A stretch of DNA of 64,000 nt from assembly GCA_946965045.2 (NCBI GenBank), contig OX337238.1, positions 372,001 through 436,000 of the forward strand, read 5' to 3'. Position 1 is the stretch's first letter. Each line of letters begins with the position of its first letter. Below are positions 29,227 to 40,697 of this stretch, one piece after another. A model generated the notes under the pieces. The model was not told where the DNA came from. It was given only the letters and a program-made list of their open reading frames with translations, and did not search any database. This DNA is from Epithemia pelagica (taxonomy: Eukaryota; Protista; Bacillariophyta). Position numbers and translations under genes: made by a program.

Positions 29227-30756
29227 TCAACCAATCACGAAACTTGGAGATCCACACAAGTCATTGGTGCGGACGACCGCATTGTTGTGGACAGTCGAGT
29301 CCATGGCTGCCAAAGAGAGTGCTTGTTGATAGGTTTCATCCAGGGCATCGGCTTGACTTGTTGTTGAAGTGGTGGTGGTTGTTTCCTCGGGGGCCGAACT
29401 CCCAAGTGCCGTCGTAGTCGTTGTTGAAGTGGCATCTTGTGGGAGAGGTTCCGCCGTAGTATTAGTCGAGGCTTGTTGTTGTTGTGACTTGGATTCTTGT
29501 TTGAATCGCGAAAAGTCTCGCGCGGCCACTTGTCGATAAAAGTCTTTGCGTGATTCGGCAAGTTCCTTCCATCGAGACGAAATGAGTTTGGAAAGAGAAG
29601 TGAAATCAATCTTGCCATGAGTCTTGCGGTGTCGGCGTTTCTTGTGACGATCTTGAAACCAATGCTCTTCCAACAGCTTTTGCTTCTTGGTTTCGGTCCA
29701 TTCCGCTTCCACTCCACTCAAGATGCGTTCTCGTTCATCTCGAAAAAAGAAGTTGTAGGCTGACAAGGCACGAAGCGGAGGAAGAATTCCACCCGTCGAT
29801 CTGGATGCGGCAGCACTGGACGACGACGAATCCAGGTGGTTCAACTTGGGCTGGAAGGGTCGGTTGCATGCTTTTGTGGTTTCCTGCTTGTTGTTGTTCA
29901 TCTTGGGAGACACGGTTGGCTGATTCATCTTGGGAGACACGGGTGGTGGCATCATACTTGTCGATTCCAGTGGCCCTGTCGAAGTAGAAACACTAATCTC
30001 GCTACTACTACAAGGTTCAGACCCAACAGTAGCCGTTGTTCTTGGTTCTTCTTCTTGTGGTAATAGGCACTTGGGTTCCGTCCTTGTGGTGGTGGTGGAA
30101 AAGATTCCGGGTGGAGGTGTCTGAAGCACTCGTGGACCAAAGACCGCCGTGGATACGACATTGTTGTGGTCCTGGAAGGAGATGACTTGCTTGGGAAGCA
30201 GACAGGTTCTTGATTTGGGATCCACCACCATGTACACATTTACAAATCGTGGATCCAATTTGTTGAGAGGAGCCACCAGCATTCCTTCTTCGTGTGGAGA
30301 CCTTGTGGTGTTCTTGGCGGTTGCTTCTTCTCGCTTGGCTTTTAGGCTTTTCTTCGGTGAGGCCGATTGGCTTGATGGAGACCGGTCCATGGCAGCGTTG
30401 CGACTACAGAGAGGAAGTGTTTTTGCTGTACAATCCGTAGAACTCTCTCCAATGGTTCCATGCACTTCATTGTTATTTACATCCGGAATCGCTTCTGAGT
30501 CAAAGCCATCGAAGTCAAACATGGTATTCATGCTCAGTCCAGGGCCTCCTCGTCCAAAGGGAAGAGAGTCTGTCATTGTTGTGGCAATCATCTTTTGGTT
30601 CGGGTTGCCTCTATTGTTGTTGTTCCGGAATTTGCAGACTCCAATGAATACACAAATGGAAATTCGTGAGCTCATCCTCGGTTTTGATGAGAGATGTAAT
30701 AACAGCAGATGCTGTGCGTTTGTCATCAAAATCTGTTGATGGTGTCTTTCGCCCAA
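29227..30756 (-). CDS. HMG-box transcription factor (start uncertain; ATGs at 30591/30576)
   Basis: PLRALSAYNFFFRDERERIL...HGKIDFTSLSKLISSRWKEL...FYRQVAARD. Confidence 0.9.
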   Translation of the reverse strand: MGERHHQQILMTNAQHLLLLHLSSKPRMSSRISICVFIGVCKFRNNNNRGNPNQKMIATTMTDSLPFGRGGPGLSMNTMFDFDGFDSEAIPDVNNNEVHGTIGESSTDCTAKTLPLCSRNAAMDRSPSSQSASPKKSLKAKREEATAKNTTRSPHEEGMLVAPLNKLDPRFVNVYMVVDPKSRTCLLPKQVISFQDHNNVVSTAVFGPRVLQTPPPGIFSTTTTRTEPKCLLPQEEEPRTTATVGSEPCSSSEISVSTSTGPLESTSMMPPPVSPKMNQPTVSPKMNNNKQETTKACNRPFQPKLNHLDSSSSSAAASRSTGGILPPLRALSAYNFFFRDERERILSGVEAEWTETKKQKLLEEHWFQDRHKKRRHRKTHGKIDFTSLSKLISSRWKELAESRKDFYRQVAARDFSRFKQESKSQQQQASTNTTAEPLPQDATSTTTTTALGSSAPEETTTTTSTTSQADALDETYQQALSLAAMDSTVHNNAVVRTNDLCGSPSFVIG

Positions 30757-31087
30757 TCTTCGTCACCGTCCTTCTGCAATGGCGGATACCTTCGAAGAAG
30801 AGAACAGAGCCCCATAATTAGTAATTATGGACCATGCCGACTCATGACTCAAAATCGTCTGGCGTCGCGGTATGCAAGATCCAATGAGATATGTGCACCG
30901 CGTACGCTTGTACCACGTCAGCTGGATCTTATGTCGCAGTTCTTAAGTGCTTATTCTGCGCAGCTTCTATCAACTTTAACTTTTCCAGCTCAATGGGTGA
31001 CTCACCTTGAACTTCAATCCAACGAATCGCTCTGCGTCACCAAGAGTTCGTCATTGTTGTTCTTCTGAAGTTCTGGTCATTAAATAT

Positions 31088-32249
31088 CCCTCCGACTAGG
31101 TGTCCGCTTCTTAGCCCCCCAGCCGCTCTCCGCGACCAACCATTTTAATTTTGGTTTTTTTGCGTTTTTGAAGAAAATTTCGGGTCAAAATGAAAATGAT
31201 CACGCCGGCCTTCTGGATCACCGTTTTGAAATTTTGTGAGCAGGCGTGCGCACTTTGACCGTTGGTCTTCCCCATTCTTGATTGTCGTCCCAAGTTGCGA
31301 CCCACATTATTTTCACTACGCACCTTTTGACATGGATAATGGACATGCACCATCACAATGCATTCTCTATCATCTGCACACCATGGACATTTGACATATA
31401 GACCATAGATAGTGTTTTGCTCTACCCCATCCTTTCTTTGTTTTTTCTAGGAGAAGTGTGGTTGTTTCTAGTGTTTGTGTCCGTTTAAAAGTGGACCCTC
31501 CTCCACAACACCGTGCCGTTGCCGTAGGCTTGTCTCTTTGCAACCACATACAGTCCTATTTTAGAATACGTCTCTTTCTAGTTGCGTTATGGAGCATATA
31601 GAGTGTAGAGTCCCCTGCACTGCTGGGAAAGACAAGTCATGCTCATGGTAACAAAAAAAGAACAACAGGAGCAGGTCGACATCACAATCCACTAAAGACC
31701 CAAACTGAGCGACAGCAGAGGAAAAATGGATGGCTTCCTCCACTTATCCTACCTACTCCTAATTGAGGTCTATAGCTCTATTTTGTCCTAGAAGAATCCT
31801 ACAAATGATGCCAGCAGCCCCACATGGCATCGACCAAAATGGATGTTACATGGCACAAACAAATGACACACTATGGCAACTGGCAACGTAGTGAGAGCCT
31901 ACAACTAAACATTGTCCATTCCAATGCAAGTATTAGCCATTCCAGAACTTACCATGATGGATGTGCAGTGACAAAGATGAGATGAGATGGCCAGGGACGA
32001 AGCATGCCGTTTTTGATGTTGGTTTGGTCATTGCCTCGTTTTGTTGCCTGCATCGATTTTGTGACCCGTGATCTCACTGAGAACACTATTTTGAGTCTTG
32101 TTGAGCAGAACGCCTGCCATCTTCCAGCTGTCACATCACGCCAGCCTTTCCACCGATGGATGTGAAATTTCCATTCATTTTTTTGTCTGTGAGATTGGGT
32201 TTGTCTTGCCCGAACAGACGAGCTAAGAAGCGGACATCTAGTCGGAGGG
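31088..32249. mobile_element. Non-autonomous TIR DNA element (1162 bp), CCC-terminated, possibly piggyBac-like
   Basis: 28-bp TIR, 27/28 match: CCCTCCGACTAGGTGTCCGCTTCTTAGC (31088-31115) / GCTAAGAAGCGGACATCTAGTCGGAGGG (32222-32249). No clean TSD (ATAT / TTAG). Confidence 0.7.
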
Positions 32250-32402
32250 TTAGGTCATGATCCATTATTCTTTTTACGAATAGCAAAAGAAACGCATTAT
32301 ATACTCCTTTAATTAGAAATCATGTACGTCTTACCACGTCACCATGCTCACAATATTCGTAAGGCTACTCTGTGTTCTGTGTTGCTGGTTGCCGGTATTT
32401 TG

Positions 32403-33008
32403 TAGAGGTGGGTCCAGCGGTAAGCGCTCCAGCAGCGCTCGAGCGCTGGAGAAACTCCAGCAGAGATTTTCTGTTGCTGGAAAGGTAAGCAGGTAAGCGC
32501 TACCTGCTACATTGGTCAGCGTTCTCTCTGACTGTTCCATTTGCTCCGCACTGGTCACATTACTGACCCTATGTCATTCATTTGCTCCACACTGCCTTCC
32601 ACAATGTCTGATTGCAATGATAATGATGACTCATCAAAGGTGGAAGTTCTTGATGTGAAAGTGAAAGTAAGTGAATATCCCAACATTTGGCGCCTAGCAA
32701 GAAAATATCTTGCATTACCTGCGGCTGCTGCCTCTTCTGAATGGGCGTTCAGTATTGCAGGACTGATCATATCTGCGAAACAAGCATCACTGGACCCTTC
32801 CACCGTTACAGATTTACATTTTTTATGTGATAATTGGGAACATGTGTTCTCACCATAAGATAGATTCACTAGCTTCTAGCTAGGTATTTTCATCCTGGTA
32901 GCACAGGTAGTCTTTTCTCCAGCGGACGCGCTTACCTAGCTCCAGCAGAGACGTCTCCAGCGCTTACCTAGCTCCAGCAGAGATGAGCTGTTGCTGGACC
33001 CACCTCCA
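32403..33008 (+). mobile_element. Internally deleted hAT transposon (606 bp)
   Basis: 16-bp TIR TAGAGGTGGGTCCAGC / GCTGGACCCACCTCCA (15/16); perfect 8-bp TSD GTATTTTG (32395-32402, 33009-33016); subterminal GCTCCAGC repeats. Confidence 0.92.
32541..32858 (+). pseudogene. hAT transposase C-terminal dimerisation-domain fragment
   Basis: YPNIWRLARKYLALPAAAASSEWAFSIAG...SLDPSTV..LHFL. Confidence 0.85.
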
Positions 33009-33807
33009 GTATTTTGTCAAATCCAGACTGTTTGACAGTTGACAGTTGACATATGACATACATTGACTTTGACTTGAGCTACACGGCGGACTTCTGACAT
33101 CTCCTGTCGACTATTTTCGTCATAGAGTAACTAGGTAGAGGAGAAAGGAGAAAGTCGCTCAAGCTCAAGCTCCAGGCATGGCGCATTGCGTACTTACTAC
33201 GACCACCGCAAAGAAGAGAGGGCATCTCATGTTTGTAGGGGCAGATCCCTCGCTAATAAGGAGACATCGACTTAGAGAGAGATATGGCCTTCTTGAGTAA
33301 GCTCTTTAGGGGTAGTTTCGGAACCACGTCCCGTAGTAAACGAGAACCAAAACAGGATAAGTGACAATATGACACTTCATGACGGACATGACGTTTTTTT
33401 GACCCTTTGACTTTTGACGTGTGACCAATATTGTGTCGTTTATTATCATCTGATGATTTTCGGGATTAGGAGTACGACATACGACATACTCGTAGATAGG
33501 GGGAACGAGAAACCCAGAGAAGGTATCTTTCCCATCTTTCCGCTCTAAGGAAAGAGACAGCGAACAATCATCATCTTCGCTATCCAATCAGTTCCCGACT
33601 TTCTGTTCTGGAGAACTGATGAATAATGAATGTGGAGATATTATTATGACTGACAACAATAATTATTTGTCGGAGGGTAGCTCTCAAGCTAGAGGAGCTA
33701 TCAGTAACATAGCTCCCATAGATTGGCTGGCACTTTTGGCACCTTTTGCCCATCAATATCGATGACCCTGAACAAAGGAGTGAAGGGATCGACCTGCCAA
33801 TTAGAAG

Positions 33808-34416
33808 ATGACTGTGCTTTGGATGCTCTTTTTGTTTGGTCTCCTTCGATTCTCTTGTTCGCACGATGAGGAATCCTATATCGACCTGGATGAGATGACG
33901 ATTGAAATGAATGGGGATACATCCACCTCGCAGGGAGCCCCGCAGCAACAACAAGAACCAGAAGACGTCGTCGATACGACGAGCACGAATCGCAAGAACC
34001 GCAAGGTGGATTGGGTCCAGAAGTTTCAGGCCAAGCTGGTGCGTGACATGCCGCACCTGAAACCATCCTCCGCCAAGGACGTGGCAACCATGTTGCAATT
34101 CGCAGCACAGGATCCGGATACCAAAGTCTTGCTAAAGCAACTCCAAGAAGAAAACCAACAACAACCAGACGACGACGACAAGCTTTCTCGTTCCCAAATT
34201 GTGGAAGGTCTGGTGCAGACACTGTCGGATCTGCAAATGAGTGAACTTTTGTTTCGAGAACCGAAAAAGGGCTTGCAACAACTGAAAGACCAAGGTCTGT
34301 TGTCGCTCGAAAAAGTGCAACTCTATGAAAACGATCCATCTCTATTGCTGCACGATACGAGACGGTCTCTGTACTTTCACTTTGTGGAATTGGCGGCCCA
34401 AGGTGGTTACCTCTAG
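33808..34416 (+). CDS. Hypothetical secreted/ER protein (202 aa)
   Basis: Signal-peptide-like start MTVLWMLFLFGLLRFSCS; helical C-terminal domain; plausible composition. Confidence 0.7.
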   Translation: MTVLWMLFLFGLLRFSCSHDEESYIDLDEMTIEMNGDTSTSQGAPQQQQEPEDVVDTTSTNRKNRKVDWVQKFQAKLVRDMPHLKPSSAKDVATMLQFAAQDPDTKVLLKQLQEENQQQPDDDDKLSRSQIVEGLVQTLSDLQMSELLFREPKKGLQQLKDQGLLSLEKVQLYENDPSLLLHDTRRSLYFHFVELAAQGGYL

Positions 34417-34456
34417 TAAGAGCCACAGTCCAAGCGCCACACGCCAACAGTGGGCG

Positions 34457-36151
34457 TTACGGTTCTTCCTGGTTCATCATAATGAGTTGCGTTTCGTGCA
34501 AAATCAATTGGTGCAAGAGGGTTAGATCGCGTTGGGTATTCATGGTGGAAATGGGCAGCCAATGAACTCGTAAATGGCCGGCATTGTTGAGTAAATCCCA
34601 ATCCAATCGAGCCGGTTCCGTGGGTCGATTGTACAGGGTCGTAAAATTCAGGGCACCCCCTGGATCGTAAAATAATATGACCGTCGCACCGCGAGGCAAA
34701 AAGGTGGCCGTCAAGGACCCTCCTCCACAGGCCGTGACCAAGATATGGGTTTGACGCGCGAGTTGAATCTGCTCCTCCAGAGACTCGAGTTCCCAGAACT
34801 TGACGGGTTGGAGTTGAAAGATTGGGGAGGGCAATTGCGCGTTCAAGAATTCCAATGGAACGGCAAAGTCGAGTCGACGTTCCTGGTCTCGGGACGACAA
34901 CAAGCTGAACGTGACGCGAACGGGTGGAACCGTGGGGAGTGGCGTGGTGACAGCCGTTGGGCCCAAGACATTGTGAATCATAAAGTTGCGAAAGGCCCAA
35001 AAGTTGCCCCCACGACCGAGATTGTGGGGTGCCGCCGCGTTGGTCTGGTAGGCTGGATCCCATCCATGGTCCTCGAATCCATGATCGGTTAACAGGCCCA
35101 ATCCTGCAACGGCGGTGGACGCGCATACCAGGGGGGACTGGATTCGTTTGTGAGAATCGGCGGCGGCTGGACACGTACGATTCGTCACATGGAATTGAAC
35201 TGTGCGGGTCGTCGAAAAGTGGTGCGGGTCGACCCCCAGGAGCGGAAGAAACTTGTCAAAGTTGGCGGCGCACTGCTGTCGCTTGTTTTTGCGAATCTCA
35301 CAATTGGCATAGAGTTTGTCCGCCAGGACGTGTCGAAGGGGCAAAATACGAGCAACAGCAGCAGCCAGTGGTTCGTCATTGGTAGTGGGAGGTGGAAGCA
35401 GGCCAAAATTGGTCAAGAGGGAAAAAATCGGATAAAAGTCATCCCACAGCAAATGCCCCGCATTGTGTCCGGCCAACGAATGAAACGGAACCAGAATATA
35501 ATTGGGAGGGAGTTGGTAAAAGCCAGAGGAAATATTGGCAGAGAATGCCGTCTCGGGAGAAACAATGGTAGGGAACCATTTCACTTTCCAACTCCCAAAT
35601 TCTGGGCCGTCTCGAAGGTCCCATCGCGGATTGATCCCACCCAAGGCCACTGCTACATCCGGATGATCCAGGTGCTTGCCGCTGGACATGTTTGTACGGT
35701 TGGGCACAAAGAGAATAAATTGTTGTTGCACCGTATCCCAGCATAGATTGCGAAATTTGCAACTTTGAACCATCCAGTCCTTTTGGGTGTTCCTGGCACT
35801 ACTGTGCTCGTAATGGCGTACGCAATAGTACTCGGATTCAGGCAACCCATTGTGATGCGTGAGTGGAAGTCCATTGAACGTTGCTGGCTGGCTGCGGCTG
35901 CTCTTGCTGCGACTCGAACCAATGGACGGCTTCTTGTCGTCCTGGACGTAGTCTACTGGTTGGATCCACTTGTCTCTGGAAAACGGAGGAACCGAAGCGT
36001 ATTGAATGGACACGGTGATCAACCAGAGACACGTTCCGAGGGAGAACAAGAGCAATAGAGAGAGTTGTTTCGTATACAAGAGGAAGATGGACCGCCGGCA
36101 TCGTCCCGTTCGAACCACCATGGTTTGTGCACTGTTGCTCCCTGATTCCAA
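34457..36151 (-). CDS. Glycosyltransferase family 61-like (DUF563) type II membrane protein
   Basis: N-terminal TM anchor; SCKFRNLCWD; GHLLWDDFYPIF; EQIQLARQTHILVTACGGGSLTATFLPRGATVI. Confidence 0.8.
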   Translation of the reverse strand: MESGSNSAQTMVVRTGRCRRSIFLLYTKQLSLLLLFSLGTCLWLITVSIQYASVPPFSRDKWIQPVDYVQDDKKPSIGSSRSKSSRSQPATFNGLPLTHHNGLPESEYYCVRHYEHSSARNTQKDWMVQSCKFRNLCWDTVQQQFILFVPNRTNMSSGKHLDHPDVAVALGGINPRWDLRDGPEFGSWKVKWFPTIVSPETAFSANISSGFYQLPPNYILVPFHSLAGHNAGHLLWDDFYPIFSLLTNFGLLPPPTTNDEPLAAAVARILPLRHVLADKLYANCEIRKNKRQQCAANFDKFLPLLGVDPHHFSTTRTVQFHVTNRTCPAAADSHKRIQSPLVCASTAVAGLGLLTDHGFEDHGWDPAYQTNAAAPHNLGRGGNFWAFRNFMIHNVLGPTAVTTPLPTVPPVRVTFSLLSSRDQERRLDFAVPLEFLNAQLPSPIFQLQPVKFWELESLEEQIQLARQTHILVTACGGGSLTATFLPRGATVILFYDPGGALNFTTLYNRPTEPARLDWDLLNNAGHLRVHWLPISTMNTQRDLTLLHQLILHETQLIMMNQEEP

Positions 36152-36686
36152 ACTACCCAGATGTCAACGGTCAGCGTATTATTAAACATTATAATACTAT
36201 AAATGACTCAAACCGATCGAGTTGTAAGCCATATTAAGTGCGTCTAATCGACGACCTACAGAGCCTGACAAAAGATACCCCGGATTTTACATGAGGACGA
36301 TGCCATCACGAAAAAGCCGTTGGAACCATGTGTGTTTTCTAGCTCCAGCACCTCTGTTCCATGGGGATTGATTTTCCAACCACATACTGTGGGGATGCAA
36401 CGGATCAATCCAATGGGATCGATCGAAGCAACAGCCTCGTCTCCAATGGTGGGGAGAACTAGTATACGGTCCGTTGACAAGTTGGATCCTGGAAAGAATG
36501 CACTCAAGATCGAACCCGCAAAAAATGTTGCACGACGACACGACGCCAACTAATTCATGAGAGATGGAGGAAGGAAACCGAGCTCAACCAAACAGTTGTG
36601 CGTCATCCTCACTCTTGCCCCATTCGGCAGTGACGCTGACCGAAAACGAGCTCATTGAAAGAAGTATATTACCAACATTCATCACC

Positions 36687-38582
36687 ATGGCGCAAGTCCT
36701 TGCTTCGCTTGTAACGTCCTGGCTCCTGGTTCATTCTTGTTCCAAACTCTCGTTGATTGAAGGGGCCAGTGGAATCCTGGTGAGCAACTTTCGAATCCAG
36801 AGTCGTGACAAACCTGCTGGAGGAAACCATCCATTGGAGGACCAACCGAGTCCACAGACTACAGTATTTCAAAGCGACATTCCTTGGAAGTAAGTAGCTG
36901 GGTAAAAGTTGACAGACGATGGATTCATTTTTCAGCTCGACTCTCACCATTTTTGGCTCACCAACAAACACACACACAGCGCAGTAATGCTCAGCATTGA
37001 AGACCACGATCAGACGTTGATACAGCAGAGCCTTGGTACTACTCCTGAAACTCATCAACCACTAGACTCCATGAGCACACCAGTGATTCCCATTACGGAT
37101 GTCGAGTTGGAGGATTATGTGTACGTACTTGCCTACCAATGCTCCTCGATACGTATGCCATGTGATCAACATTTGTTTTCTCATATACTTCACACTGTCT
37201 TGTCTTGCTATTCTTATTATCCCCATGATTTATTCCACAGAATGGATGAATCCGAATTCCAGCTCTTTAGTAGTAGTAGCGCCGGAGGAATGTCCTATCC
37301 GTTGACCCTTGCTCCAAATCCACAAGCATCAACAATTCCGTCTCCTTCCCCATCCTCAACGGGTCGACCCACGTCTCCAGCCGACATGCCCTCGGCATCG
37401 AAATCGCCGTCGTCCACAACAACAAGGGAACCCACCATCTCGTCGTCTCCAGTCTCTTCTCCGGCACCCGCCAATCCAAGCATCAGTACCCTGCAACCAG
37501 CCGATGGGACGACGACGATCCGGCCCTCACAGTCTTCAAGGCCCACCATGTCTCCCGTTCCTACCTTGACGCCGAGTCAATCGTTTCAACCTTCGGTCTC
37601 ACATCGTCCCAGTTCGAATCCGACGGGTCCTCTTTCCAGGAACCCTACCACCCGTACAACGACTCCCGTTCCAGTGTCAGTGAGCACTTCTCCCACTGGC
37701 GCAGCGACCTCGGCCTCACCCACGGACCCAGTGGTGTTTGTTTGCAACTCGGAACTGGGCATTGAACGGGCCAGTCCTCCGTATGATGGGCAAGTGCCCA
37801 TTGCCGTGTCCATCCGGGTTGGGTATCTCGTGGAGTCGCTCTTCTTTGCGTCGGATTTTCAACAGGAACTTGAGAATCAAATTGTCGAAACGTCCATTGC
37901 CAGTGCTTTGGAATGCAACGAAGGTGGACCCGTGTTTGCGTCCAGCTCGGCCCCTCCCGTTCCGGTGGTCACGTTGTTTACGGGCAATGAGTGCACGTCC
38001 GAGATTTCGTTGTGTACCACGTTGGAGACGGAATTTGAGTTTTGGGCCCTCCTGGGGGACGACAACAATGACAATGACGACAACTCGACGGGTGATGAGT
38101 CGTCCTTGTCCTCCCGGGGAGCCGATGCGGCGGCCGTGTTGAGTTATGTGGCTCTGCAAGAAAAACTGGATGGAGGCATTTTTGTCAGTACGATATCGGA
38201 ACTGGACCGTACCGAATATTTGAGTCCAGTGGCAGTGTTGCCCATTGTGGAGGATCCGGTCCTGGAAGCCTCGACCGGAAACGATCTTTCCATTTCTCCC
38301 TTTACCTTGGGAGCTGTCGTTGCCATGAGTACGTTTCCATAAAAGATATATCGAACGGCTCTCCAGTTCGCCTTGGTTGTGTTGTGCGTTTCTCATTGGA
38401 CCTTGTTTGTTTGCCGTCTTTTTTTCATTTTTTCTTCCTTGCTCTCGATGAAAATAGTTGTCGGTGGTTTGGTGGCACTCGTGGCGTGGGCGCGCAATCG
38501 CAGCACGAGACACAATCGTCACATGGCCTTGATTGAAAGCATGTCGATTGAGACACCTCAAGGATCACGAGCCTATGGTTGA
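36687..38582 (+). CDS. Type I membrane protein with Pro/Thr/Ser mucin-like stalk (multi-exon)
   Basis: Signal peptide MAQVLASLVTSWLL; donor at 36890; PTS-rich region; intron 38329-38457 joins FTLGAVVAM to IVGGLVALVAW (TM) and a basic tail. Confidence 0.7.
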
Positions 38583-39365
38583 CCTGATATTATTACGTTT
38601 GGTTCTACTTGACCTGAAGTATCTATATATATATATATATCTAGAGAACCTTTGTCGGAGATCCAGTGTGTCGTTTGGATCGTAGCTTGTAACGAAATGC
38701 ATGTTAACCCCCCAAAAGACCAAGGATTTCGTTTATAGGATTTCGTTTGTAGGTTCTTGAAGCGGACTATCGCGAAGCACATGAGACTGGCCACAACGAC
38801 ATTGGCCAAAATGGCACAGATGACGGGATCCTCGAGAATGGAAAGCTCCGAACTACGAGTCGTCGTAGTGCGGAAGATACATGGAATTCCACGTGCAAAT
38901 CTCTCATGTGCAGCAAAAAGAGGAATCCTACATGGACCAGGAGCGTCGCACCAATCAAGAGGGAGACGCCCGATCTTTTCCAACTGCTGCTGGTAAGTGT
39001 TGTGGTGGTAGTGCTGCTGCTTCCTGCGGCCAGGAGGAATCTCCCAGCAATGAGACACACGACTCTCGGATGAGGAGGAGAAGGAGTTGGAGGATCCTTT
39101 GCCTGTGCGCAAAAGGAGAAACAAATCATCCATCCTTGTGCGACCAGAGTCGTCAACGGTGCTGGTGGACGCGTTTCTTCCAAGGCCAATCGTTTGGCGG
39201 AAGCAAAGGTCATGTTGCAATTGGTAAAGCGTGGAGGTAGGGTACGGCAGAGACTGGATTCTTCGGAAAGCCACCAAAGCTACTACTGCCAAGGTTGTTG
39301 TTGTTTCCATCATTGCCAGCCGGCAGCAAACTCGAGTATATGTATATATAACAAGGCTCGGCCAT
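38573..39365 (-). pseudogene. Frameshifted paralog of the 50675-51736 gene
   Basis: MAEPC.../MTFASAKRLALEETRP/LLAAGSS...HVEFHVSS/ANVVVASLMC split over three frames. Confidence 0.75.
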
Positions 39366-39400
39366 CGAGCTTTCCATTGACACACACAAGGGATGCCATT

Positions 39401-40639
39401 TCAATAATCCAACAACGTTCCGTCCGACAGGCGAATGACACGAGAGAAACAGTCGACGGGGATGGGACCCTCGCAACAAATCACATTGTTCTCGGAACGA
39501 AAGAATCGCAGACCATGCACCCGCATGGCCCGTTCCACATCAATGTAAATAACCACATCGACGCTGGCTCGAATGCCGCTTCGGACAGCCGGATCGTCCG
39601 GCAATCCGACGGCCATTTGAATGGCACGGCGACTCATGCGATTGAGACCACCACTGCGGACAATGTTGCGAAAGGCGTCCTCATACGTTCCATGCAAGCA
39701 TACGGGGACACTCTCGGCATTCTCAATGGGTGTCATGAGTTCTTCAGAAACCACCGAGGCAATAGTATGACCCTGGTTGGCACGGATGAGAAGAACGCCG
39801 TCCTCTTCGACCACCGAGAATCGACCCTTGACATCCGTCTCCGCCACCTCCAGCATCTGGTCAATAGTTGCCTCAGGATACTTCTCCTTGAGAGCATCCA
39901 ACACGGTTTGGATGGGAACATATCCATCGGGGCGCGTTGTCGGGGCACCATGGCGGAGGTACCACGTCGTACTTCGCTGAAAACGTTCCATATCTCCCGG
40001 TCTCAGCCCACGAGGAACGTGATCTTGGGATTGTACCTCGTCCATAACTGTCGGTTGACCATCATTGACACGACGTCGAAGAGCACGTACACGTTCGCGT
40101 TCTTGCTCCTGTTGTACGCGAACCAACGTATCCAACAACTCGGGATCGTCGTGAGCCACCCAAATGGGATCTGATGGCGGATCCCGCGAATGGATCAGGT
40201 CGGCCGGAGAACGATTCCCCACTTTGAGTTGCACTCGGCGAATCAACGGCAGAGGACGGGGCTCGGTTCGGGCATCCAGTCCGCTTCTGGAATGAACGGC
40301 GACCGACTCCAACAGGCTGGGGAGGAGCAACGCAATGCTTCGCTCCAGGTTGCTTTCGTATATGTTGCCAGCGGTCCGTCCCGATCGTCCCACAATCCGT
40401 CGTACGACGCGATGGACAAAGCTCGAGGCGTTTTCGGGTTGCCGTAAGTCCACCGTCGCGGGCGTTTCGTGGAATTCATCGGCCATTTCTCGGTACAGGG
40501 GCATGGTCGTGGTACGATCCGCAAAGGCTCCCGACTCTTGAGTGCCGTAGTATCGCGCCATGAGGCATCCTCGCCTCGATCGAAGGTACTCCGTCAGTCG
40601 AAGCAAGCAACTTGTTTGGTCCTCTTCCCATTCGTCCAA
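39401..40639 (-). CDS. TPT1: tRNA 2'-phosphotransferase Tpt1/KptA with ~200-aa N-terminal extension (first ATG 40561)
   Basis: YLRHG, DGYV, KGRF, IRANQGHT, HGT, GLNRMSR, SGIR, FFRSENNVI; Arg-His-Arg-Arg tetrad present. Confidence 0.88.
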   Translation of the reverse strand: MDEWEEDQTSCLLRLTEYLRSRRGCLMARYYGTQESGAFADRTTTMPLYREMADEFHETPATVDLRQPENASSFVHRVVRRIVGRSGRTAGNIYESNLERSIALLLPSLLESVAVHSRSGLDARTEPRPLPLIRRVQLKVGNRSPADLIHSRDPPSDPIWVAHDDPELLDTLVRVQQEQERERVRALRRRVNDGQPTVMDEVQSQDHVPRGLRPGDMERFQRSTTWYLRHGAPTTRPDGYVPIQTVLDALKEKYPEATIDQMLEVAETDVKGRFSVVEEDGVLLIRANQGHTIASVVSEELMTPIENAESVPVCLHGTYEDAFRNIVRSGGLNRMSRRAIQMAVGLPDDPAVRSGIRASVDVVIYIDVERAMRVHGLRFFRSENNVICCEGPIPVDCFSRVIRLSDGTLLDY

Positions 40640-40697
40640 AAAAATTCAAATCCTTGCGCCATGTTGGTGACTGTACCGTCCGTGGCGTAAAACCAAA

